Assembly: GCA_053919585.1 (NCBI GenBank)
Contig: CM132815.1
Reading direction: 5' to 3' (one strand)
Length of the DNA: 64,000 nucleotides
DNA from: Euprymna scolopes
Taxonomy: Eukaryota
The position numbers were made by a program, and so were the translations under genes. The notes under the pieces were generated by a model. The model was not told where the DNA came from and searched no databases. It saw only the letters and a list, made by a program, of their open reading frames with translations. Positions within the stretch are counted from its first letter, which is position 1; every line of letters begins with the position of its first letter. Shown here piece by piece: positions 29,301 to 42,644 of the stretch.

Positions 29301-32300
29301 TGTGTATAATATGGAGTTAAATGGTAATTGGAGTAATCCTGAAAATTTCTCTATGTGTGTATAATATGGAGTTAAATGGTAATTGGAGCAATCCTGAAAA
29401 TTTCTCTATGTGTGTATAATATGGAGTAAAATGGTAATTGGAGTAATCCTGAAAAGTTCTCTATGTGTGTATAATATGGAGTTAAATGGTAATTGGAGTA
29501 ATCCTGAAAATTTCTCTATGTGTGTATAATATGGAGTTAAATGGTAATTGGAGTAATCCTGAAAATTTCTCTATGTGTGTACAATATGGAGTTAAATGGT
29601 AATTAGAGTAATCCTGAAAATTTCTCTATGTGTGTATAATATTGAGTTAAATGGTAATTGGAGTAATCCTGAAAATTTCTCTATGTGTGTATAATATGGA
29701 GTTAAATGGTAATTGGAGCAATCCTGAAAATTTCTCTATGTGTGTATAATATGGAGTTAAATGGTAATTGGAGTAATCCTGAAAATTTCTCTATGTGTGT
29801 ATAATATGGAGTTAAATGGTTATTGGATAATCCTGAAAATTTCTCTATGTGTGTATAATATAGAGTTAAATGGTAATTGGAGTAATCCTGAAAATTTCTC
29901 TATGTGTGTATAATAGTGAGTTAAATGGTAATTGGAGTAATCCTGAAAATTTCTCTATGTGTGTATAATATGGAGTTAAATGGTAATTGGAGTAATCCTG
30001 AAAATGTCTCTATGTGTGTATAATATGGAGTTAAATGGTAATTGGAGTAATCCTGAAAATTTCTCTATGTGTGTATAATATGGAGTTAAATGGTAATTGG
30101 AGTAGTCCTGAAAATTTCTCTATGTGTGTATAATATGGAGTTAAATGGTAATTTAAGTAATCCTGAAAATTTCTCTATGTGTGTATAATATGGAGTTAAA
30201 TAGTAATTGGAGTAATCCTGAAAATTTCTCTATGTGTGTATAATATGGAGTTAAATGGTAATTGGAGTAATCCTGAAAATTTCTCGATGTGTGTATAATA
30301 TGGAGTTAAATGGTAATTGGAGTAATCCTGAAAATTTCTCTATGTGTGTATAATATGGAGTTAAATGGTAATTTGAGTAATCCTGAAAATTTCTCTATGT
30401 GTGTATAATATGGAGTTAAATGGTAATTGGAGTAATCCTGAAAATTTCTCTATGTGTGTATAATATGGAGTTAAATGGTAATTGGAGTAATCCTGAAAAT
30501 TTCTCTATGTGTGTATAATATGGAGTTAAATGGTAATTGGAGCAATCCTGAAAATTTCTCTATGTGTGTAAAATATGGAGTTAAATGGTAATTGGAGTAA
30601 TCCTGAAAATTTCTCTATGTGTGAATAATATGGAGTTAAATGGTAATTGGAGTAATCCTGAAAATTTCTCTATGTGTGTATAATATGGAGTAAAATGGTA
30701 ATTGGAGTAATCCTGAAAATTTCTCTATGTGTGTATAATATGGAGTTAAATGGTAATTGGAGTAATATTGAAAATTTCTCTATGTGTGTATAATATGGAG
30801 TTAAATGGTAATTGGAGTAATCCTGAAAATTTCTCTATGTGTGTACAATATGGAGTTAAATGGTAATTGGAGTAATCCTGAAAATTTCTCTATGTGTGTA
30901 TAATATGGAGTTAAATGGTAATTGGAGTAATCCTGAAAATTTCTCTATGTGTGTATAATATGGAGTTAAATGGTTATTGGAGTAATCCTGAAAATTTCTC
31001 TATGTGTGTATAATATGGAGTTAAATGGTAATTGGAGTAATCCTGAAAATTTCTCTATGTGTGTATAATAGTGAGTTAAATGGTAATTGGAGTAATCCTG
31101 AAAATTTCTCTATGTGTGTATAATATGGAGTTAAATGGTAATTGGAGTAATCCTGAAAATGTCTCTATGTGTGTATAATATGGAGTTAAATGGTAATTGG
31201 AGTAATCCTGAAAATTTCTCTATGTGTGTATAATATGGAGTTAAATGGTAATTGGAGTAATCCTGAAAATTTCTCTATGTGTGTATAATATGGAGTTAAC
31301 TGGTAATTGAAGTAATCCTGAAAATTTCTCTATGTGTGTATAATATGGAGTTAAATGGTAATTGGAGTAATCCTGAAAATTTCTCTATGTGTGTATAATA
31401 TGGAGTTAAATGGTAATTGGAGTAATCCTGAAAATTTCTCTATGTGTGTATAATATGGAGTTAAATGGTAATTGGAGTAATCCTGAAAATTTCTCTATGT
31501 GTGTATAATATGGAGTTAAATGGTAATTTGAGTAATCCTGAAAATTTCTCTATGTGTGTATAATATGGAGTTAAATGGTAATTGGAGTAATCCTGAAAAT
31601 TTCTCTATGTGTGTATAATATGGAGTTAAATGGTAATTGGAGTAATCCTGAAAATTTCTCTATGTGTGTATAATATGGAGTTAAATGGTAATTGGAGCAA
31701 TCCTGAAAATTTCTCTATGTGTGTAAAATATGGAGTTAAATGGTAATTGGAGTAATCCTGAAAATTTCTCTATGTGTGAATAATATGGAGTTAAATGGTA
31801 ATTGGAGTAATCCTGAAAATTTTTCTATGTGTGTATAATATGGAGTTAAATGGTAATTGGAGCAATCCTGAAAATTTCTCTATGTGTGTATAATATGGAG
31901 TAAAATAGTAATTGGAGTAATCCTGAAAATTTCTCTATGTGTGTATAATATGGAGTTAAATGGTAATTGGAGTAATATTGAAAATTTCTCTATGTGTGTA
32001 TAATATGGAGTTAAATGGTAATTGGAGTAATCCTGAAAATTTCTCTATGTGTGTACAATATGGAGTTAAATGGTAATTGGAGTAATCCTGAAAATTTCTC
32101 TATGTGTGTATAATATTGAGTTAAATGGTAATTGGAGTAATCCTGAAAATTTCTCTATGTGTGTATAATATGGAGTTAAATGGTAATTGGAGCAATCCTG
32201 AAAATTTCTCTATGTGTGTATAATATGGAGTTAAATGGTAATTGGAGTAATCCTGAAAATTTCTCTATGTGTGTATAATATGGAGTTAAATGGTAATTGG

Positions 32301-34993
32301 AGCAATCCTGAAAATTTCTCTATGTGTGTATAATATGGAGTTAAATGGTAATTGGAGCAATCCTGAAAATTTCTCTATGTGTGTATAATATGGAGTTAAA
32401 TGGTAATTTGAGTAATCCTGAAAATTTCTCTATGTGTGTATAATATGGAGTTAAATGGTAATTGGAGCAATCCTGAAAATTTCTCTATGTGTGTATAATA
32501 TGGAGTTAAATGGTAATTGGAGCAATCCTGAAAATTTCTCTATGTGTGTATAATATGGAGTTAAATGGTAATTGGAGTAATCCTGAAAATTTCTCTATGT
32601 GTGTATAATATTGAGTTAAATGGTAATTGGAGTAATCCTGAAAATTTCTCTATGTGTGTATAATATGGAGTTAAATGGTAATTGGAATAATCCTGAAAAT
32701 TTCTCTATGTGTGTATAATATGGAGTTAAATGGTAATTGGAGTAATCCTGAAAATTTCTCTATGTGTGTATAATATGGAGTTAAATGGTAATTGGAGTAA
32801 TCCTGAAAATAGCTCTATGTGTGTATAATATGGAGTTAAATGGTAATTGGAGTAATCCTGAAAATTTCTCTATGTGTGTATAATATGGAGTTAAATGGTA
32901 ATTTGAGTAATCCTGAAAATTTCTCTATGTGTGTATAATATGGAGTTAAATGGTAATTAGAGTAATCCTTAAAATTTCTCTATGTGTGTATAATATGGAG
33001 TTAAATGGTAATTTGAGTAATCCTGAAAATTTCTCTATGTGTGTATAATATGGAGTTAAATGGTAATTGGAGTAATCCTGAAAATTTCTCTATGTGTGTA
33101 TAATATGGAGTTAAATGGTAATTGGAGTAATCCTGAAAATTTCTCTATGTGTGTATAATATGGAGTTAAATGGTAATTGGAGTAATCCTGAAAATTTCTC
33201 TATGTGTGTATAATATGGAGTTAAATGGTAATTGGAGCAATCCTGAAAATTTCTCTATGTGTGTATAATATGGAGTTAAATGGTAATTGGAGTAATCCTT
33301 AAAATTTCTCTATGTGTGTATAATATGGAGTTAAATAGTAATTGGAGTAATCCTGAAAATTTCTCTATGTGTGTATAATATGGAGTTAAATGGTAATTGG
33401 AGTAATCCTGAAAATTTCTCTATGTGTATATAATATGGAGTTAAATGGTAATTGGAGCAATCCTGAAAATTTCTCTATGTGTGTATAATATGGAGTTAAA
33501 TGGTAATTGGAGTAATCCTGCAAATTTCTCTATGTGTGTATAATATGGAGTTAAATGGTAATTGGAGCAATCCTGAAAATTTCTCTATGTGTGTATAATA
33601 TGGAGTTAAATGGTAATTGGAGCAATCCTTAAAATTTCTCTATGTGTGTATAATATGGAGTTAAATGGTAATTGGAGTAATCCTGAAAATTGCTCTATGT
33701 GTGTATAATATGGAGTTAAATGGTAATTGGAGTAATCCTGAAAATTTCTCTATGTGTGTATAATATGGAGTTAAATGGTTATTGGAGTAATCCTTAAAAT
33801 TTCTCTATGTGTATATAATATGGAGTTAAATGGTAATTGGAGCAGTCCTGAAAATTTCTCTATGTGTGTATAATATGGAGTTAAATGGTAATTGGAGCAA
33901 TCCTGAAAATTTCTCTATGTGTGTATAATATGGAGTTAAATGGTAATTGGAGCAATCCTGAAAATTTCTCTATGTGTGTATAATATGGAGTTAAATGGTA
34001 ATTGGAGCAATCCTGAAAATTTCTCTATGTGTGTATAATATGGAGTTAAATGGTAATTGGAGCAATCCTGAAAATTTCTCTATGTGTATATAATATGGAG
34101 TTAAATGGTAATTGGAGCAATCCTGAAAATTTCTCTATGTGTGTATAATATGGAGTTAAATGGTAATTGGAGTAATCCTGAAAATTTCTCTGTGTGTATA
34201 ATATGGAGTTAAATGGTAATTGGAGCAATCCTGAAAATTTCTCTATGTGTATATAATATTGAGTTAAATGGTAATTGGAGCAATCCTGAAAATTTCTCTA
34301 TGTGTGTATAATATGGAGTTAAATGGTAATTGGAGCAATCCTGAAAATTTCTCTATGTGTGTATAATATGGAGTTAAATGGTAATTGGAGCAGTCCTGAA
34401 AATTTCTCTATGTGTGTATAATATGGAGTTAAATGGTAATTGGAGCAATCCTGAAAATTTCTCTATGTGTATATAATATGGAGTTAAATGGTAATTGGAG
34501 CAATCCTGAAAATTTCTCTATGTGTGTATAATATGGAGTTAAATGGTAATTGGAGCAATCCTGAAAATTTCTCTATGTGTATATAATATGGAGTTTAATG
34601 GTAATTGGAGTAATCCTGAAAATTTCTCTATGTGTGTATAATATGGAGTTAAATGGTAATTGGAGCAATCCTGAAAATTTCTCTATGTGTATATAATATG
34701 GAGTAAAATGGTAATTGGAGTAATCCTGAAAATTTCTCTATGTGTGTATAATATGGAGTTAAATGGTAATTGGAGCAATCCTGAAAACTTCTCTATGTGT
34801 ATATAATATGGAGTTAAATGGTAATTGGAGCAATCCTGAAAATTTCTCTATGTGTGTATAATATGGAGTTAAATGGTAATTGGAGTAATCCTGAAAATTT
34901 CTCTATGTGTGTATAATATGGAGTTAAATGGTAATTGGAGTAATCCTTAAAATTTCTCTATGTGTATATAATATGGAGTTTAATCCTGAAAAT
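2397..34993. repeat. 55-bp satellite DNA array, ~590 monomers (gaaaatttctctatgtgtgtataatatggagttaaatggtaattggagtaatcct)
   Basis: Period 55 (atttctc at 2401, 2456, 2511, 2566...). Monomers are near identical, uninterrupted and in one orientation. The last monomer is internally deleted. Confidence 0.99.
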
Positions 34994-35462
34994 GGAGAAT
35001 TGTTAAACTTTAATAGATATCGTTGCCTTAGCAACTTAGCTACTGTTGATCTACATGGTATTGATTTTTATAATTAATTCAACTTAATTAATTAAACTTC
35101 CACCAGCAAATTCATTATCGTGTCAAAACGACAGACCAACAGTCTTAGCCTGTTATAATAATAATTTGAGTCATTATATGTTATGGCTAGCTATGGAATA
35201 GTTAGTATACAGAATTGATGTATAAAAGTGCAAATGAGTATACAGAAGTAGTGTATAAACGCGAAATAATTGAATGCACGCACTAAAACAAACGTGGCGA
35301 TCTGTGAAAACCATTCGCAATTTCGCGCGCGCAAAAATTGAATGCACGCGCGCACGAAAACAAACAATGCGACCAGCAAAAACAATACAGACTACATTGG
35401 ATAATAAAGGTCTTAACACCATTGCCCTTAGATTAAATTTAAAATCCTGTATATAAGAGTAT

Positions 35463-35651
35463 GTATTTATTTGCTTCCCCACTGAGCAAATTAGGCACAA
35501 GGCCGTTTTTTAATGTGGAGAGCGAAGGTGAAATGGGGACCAGCTATCCGGGGAGTAGGGGAGCTGGATAGTGATAATTGGTATGAAGGGTTGACCCTAC
35601 ATTGACCAATAACTTATATGCGGGGGCAACCCCACATATGGTCTTTGCTTG
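35463..35651 (-). mobile_element. Dispersed single copy of the 210-bp structured element (subtype A) arrayed at 51111-53195
   Basis: The reverse complement reads caagcaaagaccatatgtgggg...cggccttgtgcctaatttgctcagtggggaagcaaataaatac, collinear with the array unit. It lacks the 5' U2 fold-back hairpin. Confidence 0.9.
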
Positions 35652-35879
35652 ACACTTGTTGCCCAGGCCCCGAGGGGTGTAATCCGTTGAAAAGAATTAA
35701 AAAGAAAAACCGAAAAGAAAAAAAATACACCCTGTGTGTTTGTTTCTTTGTTTGTTTATGTATGTGTGCGTGTTAACAGACTTAACAATATTAGGAAATA
35801 ATAATTAACTGATTAAGTAATATTTAACGGTGAGACCTTTTAAAAGCAAATCGAAAAAAAAAAATGAAAAGTACCCCAC

Positions 35880-35925
35880 AGATTGATAGATAGTTGAATA
35901 GATAGATAGATAGATAGATAGATTG
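35880..35925. repeat. (GATA)n microsatellite
   Basis: gata repeats seen directly. Confidence 0.85.
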
Positions 35926-36582
35926 TATATTTATATCTAAACCAGTTTTTCTTTTAACTAAACGAGATTAAATTACATATATTTTTAAGTAAAACACATA
36001 AAATAAGTTAAAACACAACAATTTTGTTGACCCTGTGTATGCTTTGAATAGCAGCAGTGGCTTTTAATGTTGGACTTAAGAGAGGGCGGCCATGAAATCG
36101 GTAAACAGATGAATTTTTTGAAACAGGAAGTCACAAACCGGATGAACGATGTAAACGCCCAAGCAAGCAAGCTGACCTGAGTTTTATAATTATATAGATT
36201 TAGATGCACCTAAAATGAAATGCATGCTTTTAAATTACGCGTAGACGTATGCAAATTGCTATTTCTAACTTCAGTTTTACAGATCGCCGAATATATGATT
36301 TCAAATTTAAGCGAGTTAGACCATGGTATTCGTAAAAGTAAAGTAAGACCTGTTCACTGTTAAATTGACGTCATGCTTTCGATAGAAGCAAGAGTTGTCG
36401 AACAGTCACTGTCTATAATGAAAAAGGTTCTTTAAAAAAAAAGAAAACTTTAAAATTTGGATTTATAAAAAGAAGAGAACATGATCCGATTCATACTGAA
36501 CTGAAGATTATTCAATATAAATTAAAATAAGAATTTAAGTTTGAAATAATATATTTCAAAAAAAGAAAACGAAATAAAAAAC

Positions 36583-37417
36583 ATTTATGATGATGACCCA
36601 TCCTCTATTCTAGTATTGCTTCTAACCCATCCTCTTCAGATCAGTGGAAATATGCAGTTGACCTAGAAGTTGATTTGGGTTCTATTGTGGATTGGGATAA
36701 TAAATGGCTTGTTTCGATTTATCGTGTAAAGACTCAACTATTGTGCTACAATAGCAGATGTGTCCCTTTTCTTCTTGAGATTCTTATGGGTGGCTCAGCT
36801 TTTGATGAGAAATAGACTCTAAAGCTTTTTGTGTTTTTTTTTTTTATTCTCATCAAATCTTTCTTGAAGTCCATATATGAAATCCATTGCTCTTTTTGCT
36901 TCTCGTAAAGTCGGTTCTTTCTATCGCTCCAAACACTTTCTCACACCTGATCTACTACAAACCATGTATGGGGTATTGTTGTCATATTTGAGAAAAATAC
37001 CTTTAATTTGATTCACCCCACACTTTCATCTTCACTGCAACCTATCTCTCACAGACGTGATGTTGCTAGTCTCAGTCTTTTCTTCAAATACTATAATGAC
37101 AAGTGTTCCTCAGAATTGTCTGATCTATTCCCTGCTTTCTTTGCTCCATCTAGTTTAACTCGTTGATCAAGAGGTCTCCATTAATTCGTTGTTTTAATAC
37201 CTCATTGTAATACAGTAATTCCAGTAGCTTCTTTCCAAGAACTGCAAGGTTGTGGAATTCTCTTCTTCCTAAATTTTTCTCCTTCTAATTACAGTCTTGG
37301 TCATTTCAAGACTAAATTCAATAAGCATCTCCTGTCTTTGCAATAATCAGCTTCCGTTGTTGTTAGCTCCTTTACATCAAATGGCTTCATGCTTTGTTTT
37401 CAGCGATTTCCTTAAAA
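36583..37417 (+). mobile_element. 5'-truncated, decayed CR1/L2-group LINE (RT C-terminal part and 3' UTR)
   Basis: Frameshifted peptides RKVGSFYRSKHFLTP, PCMGYCCHI, LQPISHRRDVASLSLFFKYY and SSFFPRTARLWNSL; homologous to 55728-56564. Confidence 0.8.
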
Positions 37418-38117
37418 TATAGTTAATTCTGTGTTATTGTTTCGTTACAATAAGGGTCACGTTGTTTCTTAGAATTTTAAAGATTAACATTCTTTTGTGA
37501 TTTTGATGTTGAACAATGCTCAAACTATTTGCCTTACAGAATAAAAGCATAAAGTTACAATGATATCAATTTTGTTTCTGAATTTTTGAGACGATTGATA
37601 ATTTGGATTAGTTGGATTATTCAGACTACCGTTTTCATCTTGAGTGCTATTTTCACAGCGTTTCCTTCGCTTATACCACAATCTATGACGTCATCAAATA
37701 AACCAGTGATCAAGCCCTGCATTTACGTTTTACGAAGGTTACAGTTAAACTGACTAGCGGAAGTAGCTTCTTAGAGAATTAATCGAGTGCATCTAGAAAA
37801 ACATATGCTTATTCACTCTGGTTTACAATCAAGATGATACTCCAAGTATATATGACATACATATATGACGGACAGAGGCTCTTATTTAGATCCAATACCT
37901 ACACTAAACAAAAAATTAAAATAAAGAAAATGACAAAAAATTTGCATACACCAAAACAAACTTTCAAGATTAAAAACATTTTCTCTAAAAATGGTGTAGT
38001 TATTAGATATAACCCTTTCACATGCAGCCATTTTTCTTGTTATGATAAGTTGTTTTTATACAGAAAAACATATATTTTTGTCAAAGCCAGAGCAACATAC
38101 TTTAAACAAATATAATT

Positions 38118-38118
38118 T

Positions 38119-38179
<61 letters not shown>

Positions 38180-38919
38180 CTGAATGTGTGTGTGTGTTTG
38201 TGGTCACGAATAGGCTCCTATATGGTTGACTATTTTAAAAAACTGATTACATATAATGATAGAAGATGTATCGAGGCACAGGAATGGGTATGTTTGATCT
38301 GGAAGAACGGTGGTCCATTAAAATTGTGGGGTCTGCGTTCGCACCTGGTCCACGAAGTATAGAAAGAAATTTAAAAATTAAAATACAAACCTTTACAAGT
38401 GTTTTTGATATAGATGTATATAAAAATACTCTGATAAGTATGTTTTAACTTAAATAGGGATAATATAATAAAATTGTGGGGTCTGCGTTCGCGCCTGGCC
38501 TCCATAGAATGGAAATAGGCACAAACTTTAATAAAGATTTTTCATATCTATCTGCATAAGTATACTTTGATAATAATGTTTCAGTTTGAAGAAATATGGT
38601 ATAATAAAATTATGGGGTGTTCGTTCGCGCCTGACCTCCATAGAATGGAAATAGGCACAAAGTTTAACAAGGTTTTTAATATAGATGCACAGAATATTGT
38701 GATAAGTGTTTCAGTGTGAACAGGTATGGTATAATAAATTATGGGGTTTATCTATTTTATTTTTACTTTCATCATATTTTGCTTTGGTTTTGATACCCCC
38801 AAATTCGAAACTATCTCTTTACAACCCTTCCTTTTCATAACCTATCATACTTTCATAAATCAGAGTCCATTTTCTGTAGGCTGTTTTTGAACCCAGTCAA
38901 CGACGGGTACTTTTGCTAA
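38118..38919 (+). mobile_element. Non-autonomous Helitron-like element with internal ~120-150 bp subrepeats
   Basis: The 5' part is (TA)n-tataaagctgaa-(TG)n. A 3' hairpin accc-agtc-aac-gac-gggt (38891-38908) is followed 7 nt later by ctaa-t, a degenerate CTAG|T. The motif taaaatt(g/a)tggggt recurs at ~38319, 38469, 38604 and 38735. Confidence 0.6.
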
Positions 38920-38934
38920 TATATGTATATATGT

Positions 38935-39178
38935 NNNNNNNNNNNNNNNNNNNNNNNNNNNNNNNNNNNNNNNNNNNNNNNNNNNNNNNNNNNNNNNNNN
39001 NNNNNNNNNNNNNNNNNNNNNNNNNNNNNNNNNNNNNNNNNNNNNNNNNNNNNNNNNNNNNNNNNNNNNNNNNNNNNNNNNNNNNNNNNNNNNNNNNNNN
39101 NNNNNNNNNNNNNNNNNNNNNNNNNNNNNNNNNNNNNNNNNNNNNNNNNNNNNNNNNNNNNNNNNNNNNNNNNNNNNN
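38935..39178. other. Assembly gap
   Basis: Run of N. Confidence 1.
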
Positions 39179-39522
39179 GGAAAAAGTAAATTCGCACGAG
39201 TCAGCATACTACGCCTTCTTTGACTGACTTGAATATATTTGCATAAGTTTCCCCAATTCTCTTTAAAATCGGATTTGAAAGTTGCCAACCTCCAAAGTGC
39301 TTGTATGCTTAACAACCAAAGAAAACCCCGGGATTCATTGTCCGCGCAGCCTTGAGCCCAACTTGATAAAAGATAATACCATTATTTTCTAAACTTCAAA
39401 TATTGACAGATTGCTAAAGGAAAAGAAAACATTATTAAAACTCGTGCGAGCATGAACAATGTCCATTTGTTATATACTGGGTGTTATTAGAACGTATATT
39501 CTGTATTATTGTTGTTCGTCTT

Positions 39523-39971
39523 AGTATTATAAAGTCTTAGTGGGAGATTAGAGTCTTAGGAATGTTCATGTCTGGAGTGTTCATATGTCTTAAGATGTTC
39601 ATGTTGTAAGAGATAGCATATTGGAGACATAAACAGGGTATATATAAAGAGACAGACAGTTCTGAATATATGAGAGACAGGATACATATAAAGTGAGAGA
39701 GACAGTTCTTATATATAACGAGACAAACAGGTACATACTACAAGAGAGATTTATGAATATCTTGATAGATAGACTGAGTATTATAAAGTCTAGGTGGGAG
39801 ATTAGAGTCTTAGGAGTGTTCATGTGTTGAGTGTTCATATGTCTTAAGATGTTCATGTTGTAAAAGATAGCATATTGGAGACATAAACAAGGTATAAATA
39901 AAGAGACAGATAGTTCTGTATATATGAGAGACAGGATACATATAAAGTGAGAGAGACAGTTCTTATATATA
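39523..39971. repeat. 254-bp tandem duplication (~1.8 copies)
   Basis: agtattataaagtct..gtgggagattagagtcttagg occurs at 39523 and 39777. The motif tgaatatcttgatagatagac recurs near 40699. Confidence 0.9.
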
Positions 39972-39984
39972 GACAGTGTACATG

Positions 39985-40590
39985 TTACTTTTTCTCTGCT
40001 GGGAGGTTTGATGTTTTTATAGCCTCGGTTAGTATCTTTCCTGAGCTGCGTCCCCATTTCTCAAACCTTGAGTAGTGGTAGCAGTGCAGAGGGATCTTCT
40101 TTTGCTCGACAGACCATGACTGGGTTTTAATCCCCCTTCTATTTCTTTTGGGATCTGTCAAGCGGGCTGAAGGAAGGACGCTTGATCCGTCTAGGTCATG
40201 GACAAGGTTGCTGTCCTTGTGTGACCTCTTAGGTGATTGGGTTACCACCTTTTGAGGAAAGAAGATTCACACCATTTCTTTCCTCTTCCTGCCTGGTGCG
40301 TAAACAGGTTGAGGGGCCCTTTTTATCCTGGTCGGCGGCCGTTCAGTTTGAATTCCTTTTGTTTGGCATTTTTCATGGTTGTTCCTCATTATCCACGGCT
40401 TCTTATTGGTTATTCGAAGCTTCCCTCTACCTACTTTACATAAGTAGAGGGGTGCCCCCATCCGCAACCCGGGGGACGCACTGGATGGCCGGAGGAAGAC
40501 GGCACACCAGCTGGCCAGAGGAAGACGGCACACCAGGATGGCCGGAGGAAGACGGCACATACATTACGACAATAGTCAACGGCATGTAAT
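39985..40590 (-). mobile_element. Probable 5' fragment of a non-LTR retrotransposon (structured 5' UTR plus start of an ORF)
   Basis: GC-richer island. The minus strand reads gcgtcccccgggttgcggatggggg, ccctctac...gtagaggg and gcttc...gaagc, a multi-hairpin motif I recognise from LINE 5' UTRs. The downstream peptide SWSVEQKKIPLHCYHYSRFEKWGR resembles N-terminal Myb-like motifs of some LINE ORFs. Confidence 0.4.
40486..40559. repeat. Three copies of a 26-27 bp GC-rich repeat
   Basis: tggcc(g/a)gaggaagacggcaca at 40486, 40512 and 40539. Confidence 0.9.
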
Positions 40591-41460
40591 ACATAATGAG
40601 AGGAGATTTGATATATAGATAGATAGACCGAGAGTGTGTTTGACATTTACGTTGACAGTTGTACATTTTTATTAACAGAAAGTTCATATTAATATTTGTG
40701 AATATCTTGATAGATAGACCGAGAGTGCATTTGACATTTACGTTTTGACAGTTGTACATATAATATAAACACGTTACCTTTCTCGTTGTAATGATGAACA
40801 CAGAAGACGCAGATACAAAACTACATGATGATACATTTATTTCTTCTTCGACCGGTCGGACATGATTTTGTATTTCAGGGATTCAAAGTTGTTACATGGT
40901 TATTCTCTAAACCCCCCTCGCTTCCAGAGAGTGCCGAGAATCGGTCTGACCCTCTCTGATCTGACTGATCTAACTCTCCCTAACTAACTTCGAACTCTTT
41001 CCTATATTGAGAAATCACATGTATGTCTGGTCAACGTGCCTATAACTCACGTATTATCAACATGCGCGATTTGCACGTTATTGAAACCATTTCTGACAAC
41101 CAGGAAATTTCCCATTCTCTTTGTTGTTTTACAAAGGAATTTAATCTACTTCTCTAATTCTGTAACCCATATTTTATTATGCATTCTTTCTAAGAATGTG
41201 AATAGTTTCCAGCCAAAATTGTATTTATTAAATATTTTAACAGAATCAACAATTTACTGGACACTCCATTTATAATAACATTCTGTGTTTATTTTAACTT
41301 ATGATTGGAATTCTCAATTCCAAACCTAGCTTCGCAAGTTCGAATCCTTGACTATCCTAATTCATATTTGCATTTAACTAATTCCCTATTTTTTTACTTA
41401 CATGAAAAGGGGACAGCTCTTATCATGTAACACATTGACAGTTTTTTTTATTGCTGTCAG

Positions 41461-42210
41461 AGAAGCTTTGAATTGTAAAGAATTTCAGCAATATTAGTAT
41501 CAATCCACTCAGGGCCACGAATAGTCCTCCTCTCGTATCATTATATTTTTACAGGGATTCGGGTACTTGATTGGTTTGTTCGTATCACTCCTGACAATAA
41601 ATATAATCGTGCAAAACTTTGTGACTATACCCAATACAAGGATACAAAAAAAAATGTTGCACCAGCGCATATAGACGAAATCTGGGAATCGGTATTGCAG
41701 TTGCGGATGTTTTGTTTTCAGAAATATCATATTAACTGAATCGCATTGTGACTGTGAGAAAAGCATCTGGCTAAGCAATTAGAAGGGTCTACAAATATAA
41801 TCCATCTACAAATATATTTCTGTCTCCAAATATATTCTTGTCTACATATATAAACCATCAGTTGGCTAACCAATTAGAGAGATCCAGTCTGAGAAGTTCA
41901 GAATTGTAAAGAATTCCAGATAAAGATTGGTAACATTTATCCAATCAGAGTTAACAGTGCTCCTCCTCTAGTACCATTATATTTTTACAGCGGTTCTAAT
42001 ACCTGGTTGTTTAGTTCATATCACCCCTGGCTATAAATATAATCGTCCAAAACTTTGTGATCATACCCAATAGAACCACAGAAAAATATTGCAACAGAGC
42101 ACATAGGCAAAATTCCGAGATATGCTTTGCAGTTATGGATGCTTGGGTTTCAGAAATTGTACCACATTGTCTCTGGGAAAAAAAGCAGCTGACTAGCCAA
42201 TTAGAGATCA
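41461..42210. repeat. Old ~430-bp tandem duplication (2 diverged copies)
   Basis: agaag....gaattgtaaagaatt at 41461 and 41892. Both copies share aaaactttgtga, tacccaata and caattaga. Confidence 0.8.
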
Positions 42211-42389
42211 TCTTCCATTAACTCTCTGTTGTTTTTAATCTCTATAAATTTCTATAATTTTTAAGTAATGCATAAAGTAAAAGGTCGCATTTAATGTTTA
42301 TATATACCAAGCGTAAATGCAGACCCAAATATAATGTTGTTAGCTCTTTGATCACATCGAAATATACTTATTCAAGAACCACAAGAACC

Positions 42390-42480
42390 TACAAGGGTTG
42401 GACAAAATAATGGAAACGCCTTTTGAATTTTGTATCAATTAATAGATGCATTAGACCTTTAAAAATTGAACAATTACCAA
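42390..42480 (+). mobile_element. Solo Tc1-like terminal fragment
   Basis: ta-caagggttggacaaaataatggaaacgcc resembles a Tc1-type TIR. No partner end was found. Confidence 0.45.
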
Positions 42481-42644
42481 GAGAAAAATTATATGTAGTT
42501 CGCTTGAAGAAATGTATGGGATAGGTATGTGTAAGAGATTTAGAAGGCTATCACAATGCGAGGAATGGGATGTAGTCGGTGTTGGTGAGGAAAGACGAAA
42601 GCAAGTGACAATTTACAATGAGTATATACATATATGCCTATATA

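Noticed and set aside
2397-34993. CRISPR array, or coding ORFs within the 55-bp satellite (6221, 24976, 27449, 34046)
   Set aside because: There are no unique spacers and no cas genes, and the context is eukaryotic. The period is not a multiple of 3, and the ORFs arise from chance variants removing stops.
40787-41098. Possible solo LTR (tgt...aca ends, minus-strand aataaa)
   Set aside because: No matching TSD, second copy or internal domain.
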